NCBI GenBank assembly: GCA_003247575.1
Contig: QJZC01000025.1
Span: 6,498 to 70,497, forward strand
DNA: 64,000 nucleotides
Source of the DNA: Pseudomonadota bacterium
GTDB taxonomy: Bacteria > Myxococcota_A > UBA9160 > SZUA-336
Direction: 5' to 3'
A program made the position numbers and the translations under genes. Of the stretch, positions 1 to 8,791 are shown one piece after another (the first letter of the stretch is position 1; every line of letters starts with the position of its first letter). The notes below the pieces were generated by a model that was given only the letters and a program-made list of their open reading frames with translations, did no database searches and was not told where the DNA came from.

Positions 1-3000
1 GCGAGAGCTGTTCGAGCAGCAGCGACCGAACTCGGTCCTCCAGACTCTCCAGGGTCGGGTCGGTTCCCGGCTCTGTCGCTCGCATGCGCTGTGTCTCGAG
101 CCAACGCCGGCGGAATGCCAGTGGGATCCACAGCGCCCGGCCATCCGTCGATTCCGCGGGCTCTCCGGTCTCGCGCTCGACCCACTCGATCAGCCGGCGT
201 ACGGCACGCGCATCGTCGAGCGCGCCACGGACCTCGGGGAGATAGCGCCGCAATGCCTCGAGCTGAGCCCAGGACGGACCGTCCACGATCGAGGCGGCGA
301 GCGCCCAACAGCGGAGCGCTTCTCGAACGGTGTCTGCGGTGTCGTCGCCGACAGACGCGTCGCCGTCGCGAGGTGGCAGTGAGGGAAGCACTTGCTTGTC
401 GGGGGGTAGAGCGACCCCGGCCTCTCCGGAGAGGCGGCGGGCGAGCGCCTCGATGCCGCTCTCGTCGAGTGGAAACCGCGCCCAGCCGTGAGCGGCGAGC
501 GTCACGATCTCATCTTGATGCGCGGGCGTTCGTGCGCTGAGCTCGACCGGGTCGGGATCGATCCACGCGCGCTTGGGCCAGGCGGTCTCGAATGCGCACC
601 ACTCGGGTATGGCGCCCAGGCCGGCTCCCGGCGCGGACGCGAGGGAAAGGTTCCGAGAGAACACGATCAACGGAGCGCCGGCACTCTGCCGCGCGATCTC
701 GGCCACGCTCTTGGGCACCCCGGTCGCGGGATCGATCAGCACGTGCGGTGAGAAGCGGAAGTGGAGGCGTCGCATCTGCACGCCCGCGGCCTCCCAGGCA
801 TCGAGGAGGCGCTCGAATGGCCCCAACCACGGATGGTCACCGCGTTCGACGTCAATCCAGACGAATAGGGTTTGCGCAGCCGATGCGGCCGCGGTGTCCA
901 GAGGAGTGGACGCGGCGGTTGACGTCGCTACGTCGGCATCTGCGAGGTTTCCATCTGCTGCCTGCGTGGGGTCGCTACCGGACTCCAGCGTCGCGGCATC
1001 GCATGCGCGCCGTAGCCACACGGCCGTTGCCTCGATGGACGCGGGTTCGAGGGCCGCGCGCGGCTCGACCCCGAAGAGGGGGTGCCCTTCCTTCGCTCGG
1101 GAGACGCTGCTTCCTTCGAGCCCGGCGAGTTCCAGGCGGCGCACTCGTGCAAGTTCCCGCAGATGCGCGCTGCGTTCGTCCGCAAGTTGGTCGGGGAGCA
1201 GTAGCCAGCGCGCGCCCAAGAAGGTACCGATCGCGCTGAATGCAACGAGTGCGAACAAGAAGCCGTTCGAAGCCGGAGGAACGATCGGAGGACGGCGCTC
1301 CGAGATGCGGCTCAACACCGCATAGTGTTCAGTCTCCTCCGGCCCCAAGGGCCGAGCGGTCGGGGCGGCCTCCAACTCGGGAGTGGGGGCGCTGGCCCGG
1401 GTCGCAATTCCAAGCCAGAGCACGAGAGCGACGAGCACCGATCCGCCGGCGATCACACGCGCACTGCGGCCAGGAGCTGCGAGCCGACGGCCGGGTGCAC
1501 GCCTCGACGAAGCTGACTCCTGCGGGTTGCGGTGCGCAGCCGTCGACCCCTGGTTCGAATCCGTATCGATCTGGCCTGTGCGTGAAGAGGTTTGTTCGGT
1601 GACCCCCTCGCTACGAACCGGACTGAGTGCGAGCGCGTCCGCCTCGGAGCTACCGTGGGGAAGGCGTTCATCCAGGCACGCGACGAGATCTCGAAATCCG
1701 AGTGCCGGATCCCGCTGAAGGCGCAGAAACGTCGCGCGCAGATTCGCGCGCACCTGAGGGAGCAGAGGCTCTGGAATGGGGCGGCTCGCCAGGTACGCCT
1801 CCAGGTTCTCCCACTCTACCGTGCGCATGGGGGCGAGCACGGTATGCTTCGCTCTCAACGTGTGCGCAGCGGTCTCGAGCGCGCGACACACGCGCGCTTC
1901 GAACGTGCTTTCCGAGGTCACGCATTCCAGCGCAACCAGGATGCGCAGAGGATGAGACAGCTCCGCGGACTGGAACCGCTCTACGAGTCGCCCTTCGAGA
2001 AATGCACACAGGTCCCCGACGGCCTCGTCGCTCGCGAAGTCCGAACCACGAAGCTTGATGGTCAGGAAGACGCTGGCCTCGCGACTCGCTTCGCCGAGTG
2101 TGCAGACTGTGTCACCGGAGTCGTTCGGATCGTGCACTTGCCTCGCCGCGATCGATCGATTCCCAGCGGGCGAAGGGAGCGCATCCCGCAGCGCGCTCGT
2201 GAGAACCGCCTCCCACCCCTGTACACCCGTCGGATTGTTCGAGATGCCCGCCGGACCTCGAGTCCCTCCGCGGCTGGCCAGATGCACGATCCGGTGCTGC
2301 GGTACCGAGGTCGCTTCCGACAGGAAGCGATCCATTCGCATGAGCAACAGATCGATGTCGGACATGCGAGCCGCTCGGAGGACCAGAATGCTCGGGCCCG
2401 CGGCCTCACTCGCTGCACGGATCGACGCCCACTGCGGTTCGTGCGAGACGAGCAGCGCCGCGCCGTGATACGCGTCGGAGATGGTGCGAAACGTGTTGGC
2501 GGGCGCGGACGAGTCCTCGGTCTCTGGATCCGAGGAGCCGGAGACCGAGGAGCCAGAGCCCTTGGAAGGAAAGTTCGCGGCCGCTGAGGCTCGTGGCGCA
2601 CTGGTGGACACGAGCTGAATGCGCTGCGTCTCGGGGACGTCGGGCCAGAGGTCGAGCGAGGACGAGGCCTCGCCTCCACCGAGCTCGGACGTAGCCGCGG
2701 CGATTCGCGAGGCGCGCACTGCGGCCCCGAGGGAGCATCCAGTCGCGATGCTTCGGTACAGCGCGATCGAGTACTCGATCGGGTACGGTTCGACGGTCCT
2801 TCCTTCGGCTGCGATGAACGCTGGAGCGATCGGCTTGAGTTCCTCGATATCTACCTTGCCATAACAGCAATCGAGTACGAGCAGCCGTAGACCCGAATGT
2901 ACGCTCAACAGGTCGCGCAGTTCGCCTTTGCTGAGAGTGACCGGCCGCCCGGTACTCTGGTGCATCAGGATCACGCCCCCGTTGCTCCGGCCGTGCCCGC

Positions 3001-3199
3001 TCACGTGCAGGACGTCGGGCTCCAGCGCCTGCACCTGCTGCAGGAGATCTCGGGGCGCACAGGCTGGAAGATCATGGTACTCGAGCTCGTCTCGATAGGC
3101 GCCGAGCGCGAGCTTGAGTGCGTTGACCTGAATGTCTGCCGCGGTCTTCGCGGGGCCTGTCGGGTCCGACCAGACGTGAAGAATACGGAGTGGGCTCAT
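1..3199 (-). CDS. Caspase-like CHAT-domain protease, >1066 aa. The C-terminal part lies beyond the window start. Two predicted TM helices mid-protein.
   Basis: Hand translation of the minus strand from the ATG at 3199 gives an uninterrupted reading frame to position 1. The N-terminus carries a CHAT/caspase His-Cys dyad context: 'VLHVSGHG' and 'LRLLVLDCCYG'. Composition is protein-like, whereas the opposite strand gives only Arg-rich junk ORFs. It is absent from the ORF track because there is no stop inside the window. The start is uncertain: the frame stays open up to the SGNH stop at 3419 and contains an upstream GTG. Confidence 0.6.
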   Translation of the reverse strand, partial: MSPLRILHVWSDPTGPAKTAADIQVNALKLALGAYRDELEYHDLPACAPRDLLQQVQALEPDVLHVSGHGRSNGGVILMHQSTGRPVTLSKGELRDLLSVHSGLRLLVLDCCYGKVDIEELKPIAPAFIAAEGRTVEPYPIEYSIALYRSIATGCSLGAAVRASRIAAATSELGGGEASSSLDLWPDVPETQRIQLVSTSAPRASAAANFPSKGSGSSVSGSSDPETEDSSAPANTFRTISDAYHGAALLVSHEPQWASIRAASEAAGPSILVLRAARMSDIDLLLMRMDRFLSEATSVPQHRIVHLASRGGTRGPAGISNNPTGVQGWEAVLTSALRDALPSPAGNRSIAARQVHDPNDSGDTVCTLGEASREASVFLTIKLRGSDFASDEAVGDLCAFLEGRLVERFQSAELSHPLRILVALECVTSESTFEARVCRALETAAHTLRAKHTVLAPMRTVEWENLEAYLASRPIPEPLLPQVRANLRATFLRLQRDPALGFRDLVACLDERLPHGSSEADALALSPVRSEGVTEQTSSRTGQIDTDSNQGSTAAHRNPQESASSRRAPGRRLAAPGRSARVIAGGSVLVALVLWLGIATRASAPTPELEAAPTARPLGPEETEHYAVLSRISERRPPIVPPASNGFLFALVAFSAIGTFLGARWLLLPDQLADERSAHLRELARVRRLELAGLEGSSVSRAKEGHPLFGVEPRAALEPASIEATAVWLRRACDAATLESGSDPTQAADGNLADADVATSTAASTPLDTAAASAAQTLFVWIDVERGDHPWLGPFERLLDAWEAAGVQMRRLHFRFSPHVLIDPATGVPKSVAEIARQSAGAPLIVFSRNLSLASAPGAGLGAIPEWCAFETAWPKRAWIDPDPVELSARTPAHQDEIVTLAAHGWARFPLDESGIEALARRLSGEAGVALPPDKQVLPSLPPRDGDASVGDDTADTVREALRCWALAASIVDGPSWAQLEALRRYLPEVRGALDDARAVRRLIEWVERETGEPAESTDGRALWIPLAFRRRWLETQRMRATEPGTDPTLESLEDRVRSLLLEQLS

Positions 3200-3418
3200 C
3201 TCGTGGAATCCCAATATGTATGCTGATTCGTGTGGCGGACGCACCGCAATGAAGCTGGGACCCGGTGCTCTTGTACGAGCTAGCCGAACGCCGCAGGACC
3301 GTCCGAGTGCGTACAGCCCAAGCGTAGCAGCCGGCCCACCGATCGAACGATGTGCGGCTGAAGAATCCTCTGTGAATCTGAAGCGCGGGCAAAACGCCAC
3401 GCCCCCAACGAACGAACC

Positions 3419-4357
3419 TCACCCTCTCCTACTCCAACCGCTGGAATCCAACGAGAGCTCCCCCGACGAATGCCCGATCCGCGTGAGATCGATCGCGGGC
3501 GTGACGTCGATCCCGGCAGTGCCTTCGCGATGTCTGATGCGCGCCATCGCCTGCCGGGCGACTCTCCAGAGCGTAGCCTGTATCTCCGGGGCGATTGAGA
3601 CTCCGGGCACGACGATCTCCGTCGAGAGCTCGCGTGGCGCGATGGCGAGATAGACCACCGCAGCTTCGAGGTATGCGCCTTCCGGAGTCGTATGGTTCCC
3701 ATCGCGCTGGGTCATGTCGAGCTTCGTGGAGTCCTCTCGAATCAGACGGAACGCGAGTCCAACCGGCGCCACGCCGGCAGCGATCCGCCGCGAGAGCCGA
3801 AGCACATGTTCGGTCGATTGCCGCTCCTGTGCTCGAACCGATGCGGGCGTGCGCTCGGGATGATCAGGAGATTCCTCGTAGGCCCAGGCTCCCACCAAGA
3901 CGACGCGCGCACCCAGGGCGCGTGCCAGCCCAGCACAGTATCCCGCGTCTCTCGCGTATCGATCAGGATGGTAGTGGCTCTGAGCCGACTGCTCCTGGAG
4001 AACCACCACATCGAGGGGAGGTTCGAGCATCGCCGCAAAGAGTCCCAGCTCGCGATGCTGCTCGAGACTGAAGCCGGGACGCGCGATCCCTTCTATGAAG
4101 ATCGGAACGCCCGACGCGTCTCCCATCGCCTGCACGAGGTAGGGCACCTGATTCACGTAGGTATGGCTGTTGCCAACCCATGCGACTCGGAGGGCTTCGC
4201 TCGGAGCGCCGAGCCAATGATACGGCTTGAGCGCATGGCGAGGTCGCGACTTCTCGAGCAAGTGCTCCACACCGGGGGCGGCGACCACGCTCATTCCAAC
4301 GAGTAGGACGAGCAGGAGCGAGAGCCGGAGTTTCGGGACGATCACTGGATGAGTCAT
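3419..4357 (-). CDS. Secreted SGNH/GDSL-family hydrolase (DUF4886-like)
   Basis: ORF 3419..4450. Internal ATG at 4357 precedes a signal peptide (MTHPVIVPKLRLSLLLVLLVGMSVVAAP). Block I 'VAWVGNSHTY' and block V 'DGNHTTPEGAYLEAA' are typical of SGNH hydrolases. Confidence 0.6.
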   Translation of the reverse strand: MTHPVIVPKLRLSLLLVLLVGMSVVAAPGVEHLLEKSRPRHALKPYHWLGAPSEALRVAWVGNSHTYVNQVPYLVQAMGDASGVPIFIEGIARPGFSLEQHRELGLFAAMLEPPLDVVVLQEQSAQSHYHPDRYARDAGYCAGLARALGARVVLVGAWAYEESPDHPERTPASVRAQERQSTEHVLRLSRRIAAGVAPVGLAFRLIREDSTKLDMTQRDGNHTTPEGAYLEAAVVYLAIAPRELSTEIVVPGVSIAPEIQATLWRVARQAMARIRHREGTAGIDVTPAIDLTRIGHSSGELSLDSSGWSRRG

Positions 4358-4524
4358 GCGATCCCTCTGTCCACAAGCGAAGGCCCACCGCGCCTCGCGG
4401 ACGGCGCGAATGGACACGTACTCACCATCGTCGAATCTTTCACCTGACACTACGCCTCTCTTCGCATTCGAGCTGGATCCTGTCCACGTACGCTTCGGCG
4501 TCCCGAACCGCTCGATATCAACTT

Positions 4525-4800
4525 CTACGCTAGGCTACCCGCGAGGCTCCCCGGCCCCTGTAGCGGCTCCAATGCCCCCACGAGATCAGCGAGCCGTGCG
4601 ACGTCCAGTGAGGTCTCGAGGTCGAAGTGGACCACATGCTTGAAGCGGCCGGTGCGCTTCACTTGCCTGGCCAGAGTCGTCTTGCCGACCTGACGCGCTC
4701 TCACGACCGCCACCAGTGGAAGGCCCGTTGCAGCTTCTCGACTCGGGCCATTTCTGGAGGCAGCAACTCCATTTGTGAAATGCAGGAGTCTATCTCCTAA
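4525..4800 (-). pseudogene. N-terminal remnant (~90 codons) of an AAA_14/DUF4143-family ATPase. It is truncated after the Walker A region and has no proper start.
   Basis: 'LPLVAVVRARQVGKTTLARQV...HFDLETSLDVARLADLVGALEPLQG' matches the AAA_14 N-terminus (GPRQVGKTTL ... YFDLEDP..L). It is followed directly by a stop at 4525. The upstream frame opens after a TGA with no ATG/GTG/TTG before the P-loop. It abuts the GC drop of the island. Confidence 0.5.
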
Positions 4801-5096
4801 ATTTCAAAGAAAGCCGACCAGCTCCTGCCAGAACCTCACGGCCGACTTCAGCGTGGGAACAATCTCGGCGTCGGCACCTACCCTGGCTAGATGTAACAAC
4901 GTGGGTGGATTCAACAACGAGGATCTCGCAAACAGACTCCCCATCTCGAGAGTACAGGTCGGTCTGCGGCATCTGCCAAAAACTACGTCCATCGGAGCCT
5001 CAGTCGTGTGTATGATGAAAAAGTCGAGCCGGTCGTTCCATCCGGTCCGACGCCCAGAGCTTAGTCCCCCCTCAACTACGGTAGCAGGAGTCAAAA

Positions 5097-7292
5097 GTGG
5101 CAATCCTCGCGCTGAGTTCGGCCTGGGCAGGGCAACCTTCCGTTAGCCTACGAAGCCTAAGGGAATACCTGCTGGAGAATCTGCTCGCCGTCCTGCCCGA
5201 AGAAACACGCTCCGACTACTGCCTCATCCCCTATGTGCGTCATGTATTCGAAAGCCCGACGGACATCCCCGGGGGAGCCGGAGACAGGATCGGCATTCCG
5301 AATCGAGCGCCCACCCACTTCTGCTTTTCGGCAAGCGACGAAACCCTGCAATCCACGTTCGACACACGCATCGGTGAGTGCGCGATCAAGGGCTTCCGCA
5401 CCCTCCCATCGGTGCTCGACTCTCTCTATACCCCCAAGCAGCCCGACGCTCCCGCCCCGCTGAGCATCGCAATTACTCTGAGCTCGCCAGACGCCCCTAG
5501 TACCGACCGGAACCCTCCTCCTGGTGCGCCGCTCGATGCCCGGTTCCATGCCGAGCTGAGGATTCCCCGAAGCGGCGCCCTGGAGCAAGCATTGCGCGAT
5601 GTCAAGCAGATGTCCGATGTCGACGTATGGCACGGACTCTTCGATCCCAATCGAAGCTTGTACCAAAACCTGCACCTACACGCTCAGCAACTCTGCGAAG
5701 CTTTCGAGATCTCGCCAGGAATCATCGTTTATCAGTCCATCGTTGCGGCTATGTTCGATCAGATTCAAATCGCTTCCGTCTCTAGTAGCCTAGTGCACGC
5801 ACTGACGCTGTTCACTCGTTCGAGCGATCCTCTCAGCTTCGCAACTGGGGCGGTTCTCCTCTCAGCACACGCTGTTCGCAGCGGCGAGCGTCTCGAACTT
5901 GTCCGTATGCTGGAAGACGTGCACCAGAAGCTGTGCTCTCGTCCCGTCCGGCGGGATGTGCCGACGCCTGGTGTTCCTTCCTTCTCCGACACGGCCGCAC
6001 AGCAGATTCGCAAGCTTGAGGCGGTAGGTGAGCCGCCGGGCGATCAGCTGCGCGGCCCACCTTGGTCTATTTGCGAAACCATTCGCGATACGATGTGCAG
6101 ACTGGCGGGAATCGCAGAGGGAGACGATTCACTCGCGCGTCCGAGAACGCACGAAGGCGCGCGTCGCGACCCTATCGCGATGAGTGCGTTCCGGTTCCTT
6201 CATGCGTGCTCTGCCTTCTGCGACACGCGCTCGGAGGGAGTAGAGCTCGAATTCGGCTTCATGCTCGCGAACCCATTCTTGGTGCGGTATTGGCCAGGAG
6301 AGCGCCCCATTCCAATTGGCCGACTCAAGGACGGGGAGTATCAGCCGTTTCAGCTTTCTGCGCTATTGGGCCAGATTCCGGCGATCGAAAACCCGCGTCA
6401 ACGTTGCATCGCATTTCCCTACGGGGACACTCGCCTGGGAGACTCCAGGGCTCCATGTCCTGCCTATGTCATCAATCTCACTGACTTCCAGGAAGCGGTG
6501 GTCAGCTGGCCCGAGGGTAGGCTCTGGTCGTCGACTGGGGGAATCTATGCCTATCTCACCCATCACTATCCGTGGTCGATCGCGGCTCTCGTTGGTCCGG
6601 GATCACAAGTGCGTGTGTTCTGTGGCGGCCAGGTGGTCGCGTTTCGCGACGGGCGCGGTTGGCGATGTCGTGGCGACCCCGTTGCAGAATTCACCTCAGA
6701 AAAAATCTTGAGCGCTCGGGAAGCGAGACGCCTAGCACGCGCGCTGGAAGTCGCGAGTCAGCTCTCGCCGATCCTTAGAGCGACCGGTAGAGGCGGCCTG
6801 CTGGTCTACGCCGAGCAAAGGAGGTACCCCCCACCGAGTGGCTCGAACGGATCCCATGCCCAGGCTCCCCAGTCGGGCCTCTATCTACACACGCTTCATA
6901 ATGGCGAGCCTATGCGGCTCAACGGCCAACCCTGGCTCTCGGGCCGGAGCCTGCTCCGTCTTGACGCGGACTCGGAAGATTTCATCATCCGCTACGACGT
7001 AGCGCGCCTCTTGCTTCGCGCCGCCAAGATCGACGGGGCGGTATGCCTGAGCGAGGGAGCATCCGACGCCTACGACTGCCGGGTGCTCGACTTCGCCCAG
7101 TACCTGACGATCCACGATGCATCGGTTCCGATCTTCGATGCAGCCGGAGCGAAGCGGGCCACCGCTGAGAAGTTCACACAGTTTGCAGGCAGAGGAAGCT
7201 TCGCCATCGCGGTGTCGTCAGACGGCCCGATCAATGTCTACGTCGGAGGCGCCCGCTCCCCTAAACGGTGCTTCAATGAGGTCGTCAACTAA
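5097..7292 (+). CDS. Hypothetical 731-aa protein with a C-terminal divergent DisA_N/DAC (diadenylate-cyclase-like) domain; rest unknown
   Basis: GTG start with an AGGAG RBS 8 nt upstream. Residues ~612-722 align by eye to the DisA/CdaA DAC core: 'LLLRAAKIDGAVCLSEG' vs 'LYELAKMDGAIILSDSG' (DGA motif kept), and 'GAKRATAEKFTQFAGRGSFAIAVSSDGPINVYVGG' vs '[34 protein letters not shown]' (RHR replaced by KR-A). It lies in a ~55% GC island. Confidence 0.65.
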   Translation: MAILALSSAWAGQPSVSLRSLREYLLENLLAVLPEETRSDYCLIPYVRHVFESPTDIPGGAGDRIGIPNRAPTHFCFSASDETLQSTFDTRIGECAIKGFRTLPSVLDSLYTPKQPDAPAPLSIAITLSSPDAPSTDRNPPPGAPLDARFHAELRIPRSGALEQALRDVKQMSDVDVWHGLFDPNRSLYQNLHLHAQQLCEAFEISPGIIVYQSIVAAMFDQIQIASVSSSLVHALTLFTRSSDPLSFATGAVLLSAHAVRSGERLELVRMLEDVHQKLCSRPVRRDVPTPGVPSFSDTAAQQIRKLEAVGEPPGDQLRGPPWSICETIRDTMCRLAGIAEGDDSLARPRTHEGARRDPIAMSAFRFLHACSAFCDTRSEGVELEFGFMLANPFLVRYWPGERPIPIGRLKDGEYQPFQLSALLGQIPAIENPRQRCIAFPYGDTRLGDSRAPCPAYVINLTDFQEAVVSWPEGRLWSSTGGIYAYLTHHYPWSIAALVGPGSQVRVFCGGQVVAFRDGRGWRCRGDPVAEFTSEKILSAREARRLARALEVASQLSPILRATGRGGLLVYAEQRRYPPPSGSNGSHAQAPQSGLYLHTLHNGEPMRLNGQPWLSGRSLLRLDADSEDFIIRYDVARLLLRAAKIDGAVCLSEGASDAYDCRVLDFAQYLTIHDASVPIFDAAGAKRATAEKFTQFAGRGSFAIAVSSDGPINVYVGGARSPKRCFNEVVN

Positions 7293-7350
7293 CTCGTAGT
7301 GACGATCTCTTCGACTTACAAAGTAGCCTGTACGGAACGGAGATCGCAGA

Positions 7351-8475
7351 GTGACTCCCACCAAACCACCTCCCCAGAAAAAGAATGTCAGACGGACATC
7401 CAAGGGGAACGCAGCTTCCGGAGATGGACAAGAGCAGAAATGGATGACTCTGGAACAACAGAGTGACCTTCGGATCTTCATTAGCCACAAGGAGCAGAAC
7501 TCCGGGTACGCAGACGTGCTGTCACAGCATCTCAAGCTGTGGGGACTCGAAGGCGCCCAGATTATGCATACATCGGGCCCCAAGAGCCAAACGCAGGGTC
7601 CCGCGATCGGAGACGAACTGCTCGGCTTTCTGCGGGAGTTCCTGTGGGAATGCAACCTGGTCATCTACATCTACACCCACGCCAAGTTAAACTGGGAATG
7701 GTGCAACTATGAGCTGGGCGTAGCCGAGGATCGAAACACGCCAGCACGAATCGTGATCCTACAGATCTTCGAGGACGAACCCTCCGTACATCGTGATCTG
7801 CGCAGAATTCAGCTCGACAACGATCAAGACATACTGGACTTCGTGTTCGATTTTCATCGAATGCCGGATTTCTTCAAAGGTCTCCCAGGCTACTGGCAGC
7901 GCGACGACGAAACCCTGCGTCTCAATGCGAACGCGTTGATCGAAGCGCTCCGGGACGAGAAGGAGAAGGACCGCCTCGCCGAGGGGATCGAGCGAGAGGC
8001 CCGTTGGGGCTGTTTCCAACTGGGCATCGGCGGCGAGATTCTAGAACCCCTCCATGCTCGCTGGGACAAGGCTCTGACCGACGAGCGCGAGGCGATGCAG
8101 GAGGATCGGCGAGCGACGCTACGAGACAATCTCATCGTGACCGAGCGCGAGGGGTCCGGCCTCCACCACTTCGGGCTAGAGGGAGAAGGCAGCCGTATCC
8201 CCATCAAGCAACGATGGTCCGTCGGAAAGCTGGAATCGGAGTGGCGGAGCATCGTCCGGGTCCATCCTCAGGACTCCTGGCTGAACGAGCTACTCGACGA
8301 GATCTGGAGCTTTCTCGTCGGGCGGGCTAGACCGCTGCGGCTGAGGGGCTACCCCAGTGGTCAGCCTCACGTGTGCTTCGCTCCAGTGGTTACACATTGT
8401 GATCGGCACACCGATGGCAGTTGCGTGTTCAGTGTGGCGGTCTACACGTTTCGCGACGATCCCCCTATCGCATAG
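7351..8475 (+). CDS. TIR-domain protein (N-terminal TIR, C-terminal ~200-aa domain of unknown function)
   Basis: 'RIFISHKEQNSGYADVLSQHLKLWGL' (beta-A/alpha-A) and 'IGDELLGFLREFLWECNLVIYIYTHAKLNWEWCNYELGVAE' (the S..S.WC..E motif with the catalytic Glu at ~7711-7713) are diagnostic of bacterial TIR domains. GTG start at 7351 with a GGAG upstream. An alternative ATG at ~7444 sits just before the TIR. Confidence 0.7.
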   Translation: MTPTKPPPQKKNVRRTSKGNAASGDGQEQKWMTLEQQSDLRIFISHKEQNSGYADVLSQHLKLWGLEGAQIMHTSGPKSQTQGPAIGDELLGFLREFLWECNLVIYIYTHAKLNWEWCNYELGVAEDRNTPARIVILQIFEDEPSVHRDLRRIQLDNDQDILDFVFDFHRMPDFFKGLPGYWQRDDETLRLNANALIEALRDEKEKDRLAEGIEREARWGCFQLGIGGEILEPLHARWDKALTDEREAMQEDRRATLRDNLIVTEREGSGLHHFGLEGEGSRIPIKQRWSVGKLESEWRSIVRVHPQDSWLNELLDEIWSFLVGRARPLRLRGYPSGQPHVCFAPVVTHCDRHTDGSCVFSVAVYTFRDDPPIA

Positions 8476-8791
8476 GTCGTTCTCTACTCTCCGGTGAGGC
8501 TGGGAACGCACCCCGAGCCCCAGTCCGTGTGCCAATGGAGCGTGGAGAGTAGCTCACATGGTCGGCGCTCTCAGCTCGTTCCGTTCAAGGCACGTGGCGT
8601 TTGGCAACGGGGCACATCCCGGTGCGGGAGGATCGGACGGTTCTACAGTCGCCGGAGGACGGCGAAATCGATACCATCGGGCTCGACCGACGCCGTCGCT
8701 CCGCGATATCGCTCGCCCCATGTGATGCGGGAGCCGGCTGATCCCTCGGACTTTACTATCCGCTAGGCACGTTGGAGACCGCTGCTTCGCC

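Noticed and set aside
1549-1561. GGTTCGAATCC, a perfect tRNA T-loop motif
   Set aside because: Flanking bases do not form a T-stem (2 of 5 pairs fail) and there is no acceptor stem. It lies inside the CHAT coding frame and is a chance match.
91-3226. Multiple + strand ORFs (e.g. 1592..2587, 573..1325, 2055..2468) listed in the track
   Set aside because: Arg/Ala-rich junk composition typical of antisense frames in high-GC DNA. The real gene is the long minus-strand CHAT ORF that the track omits.
4775-5146. 123-aa + ORF at the start of the island
   Set aside because: No RBS, odd composition. It overlaps the likely promoter/leader of the 731-aa gene and the real GTG start at 5097.
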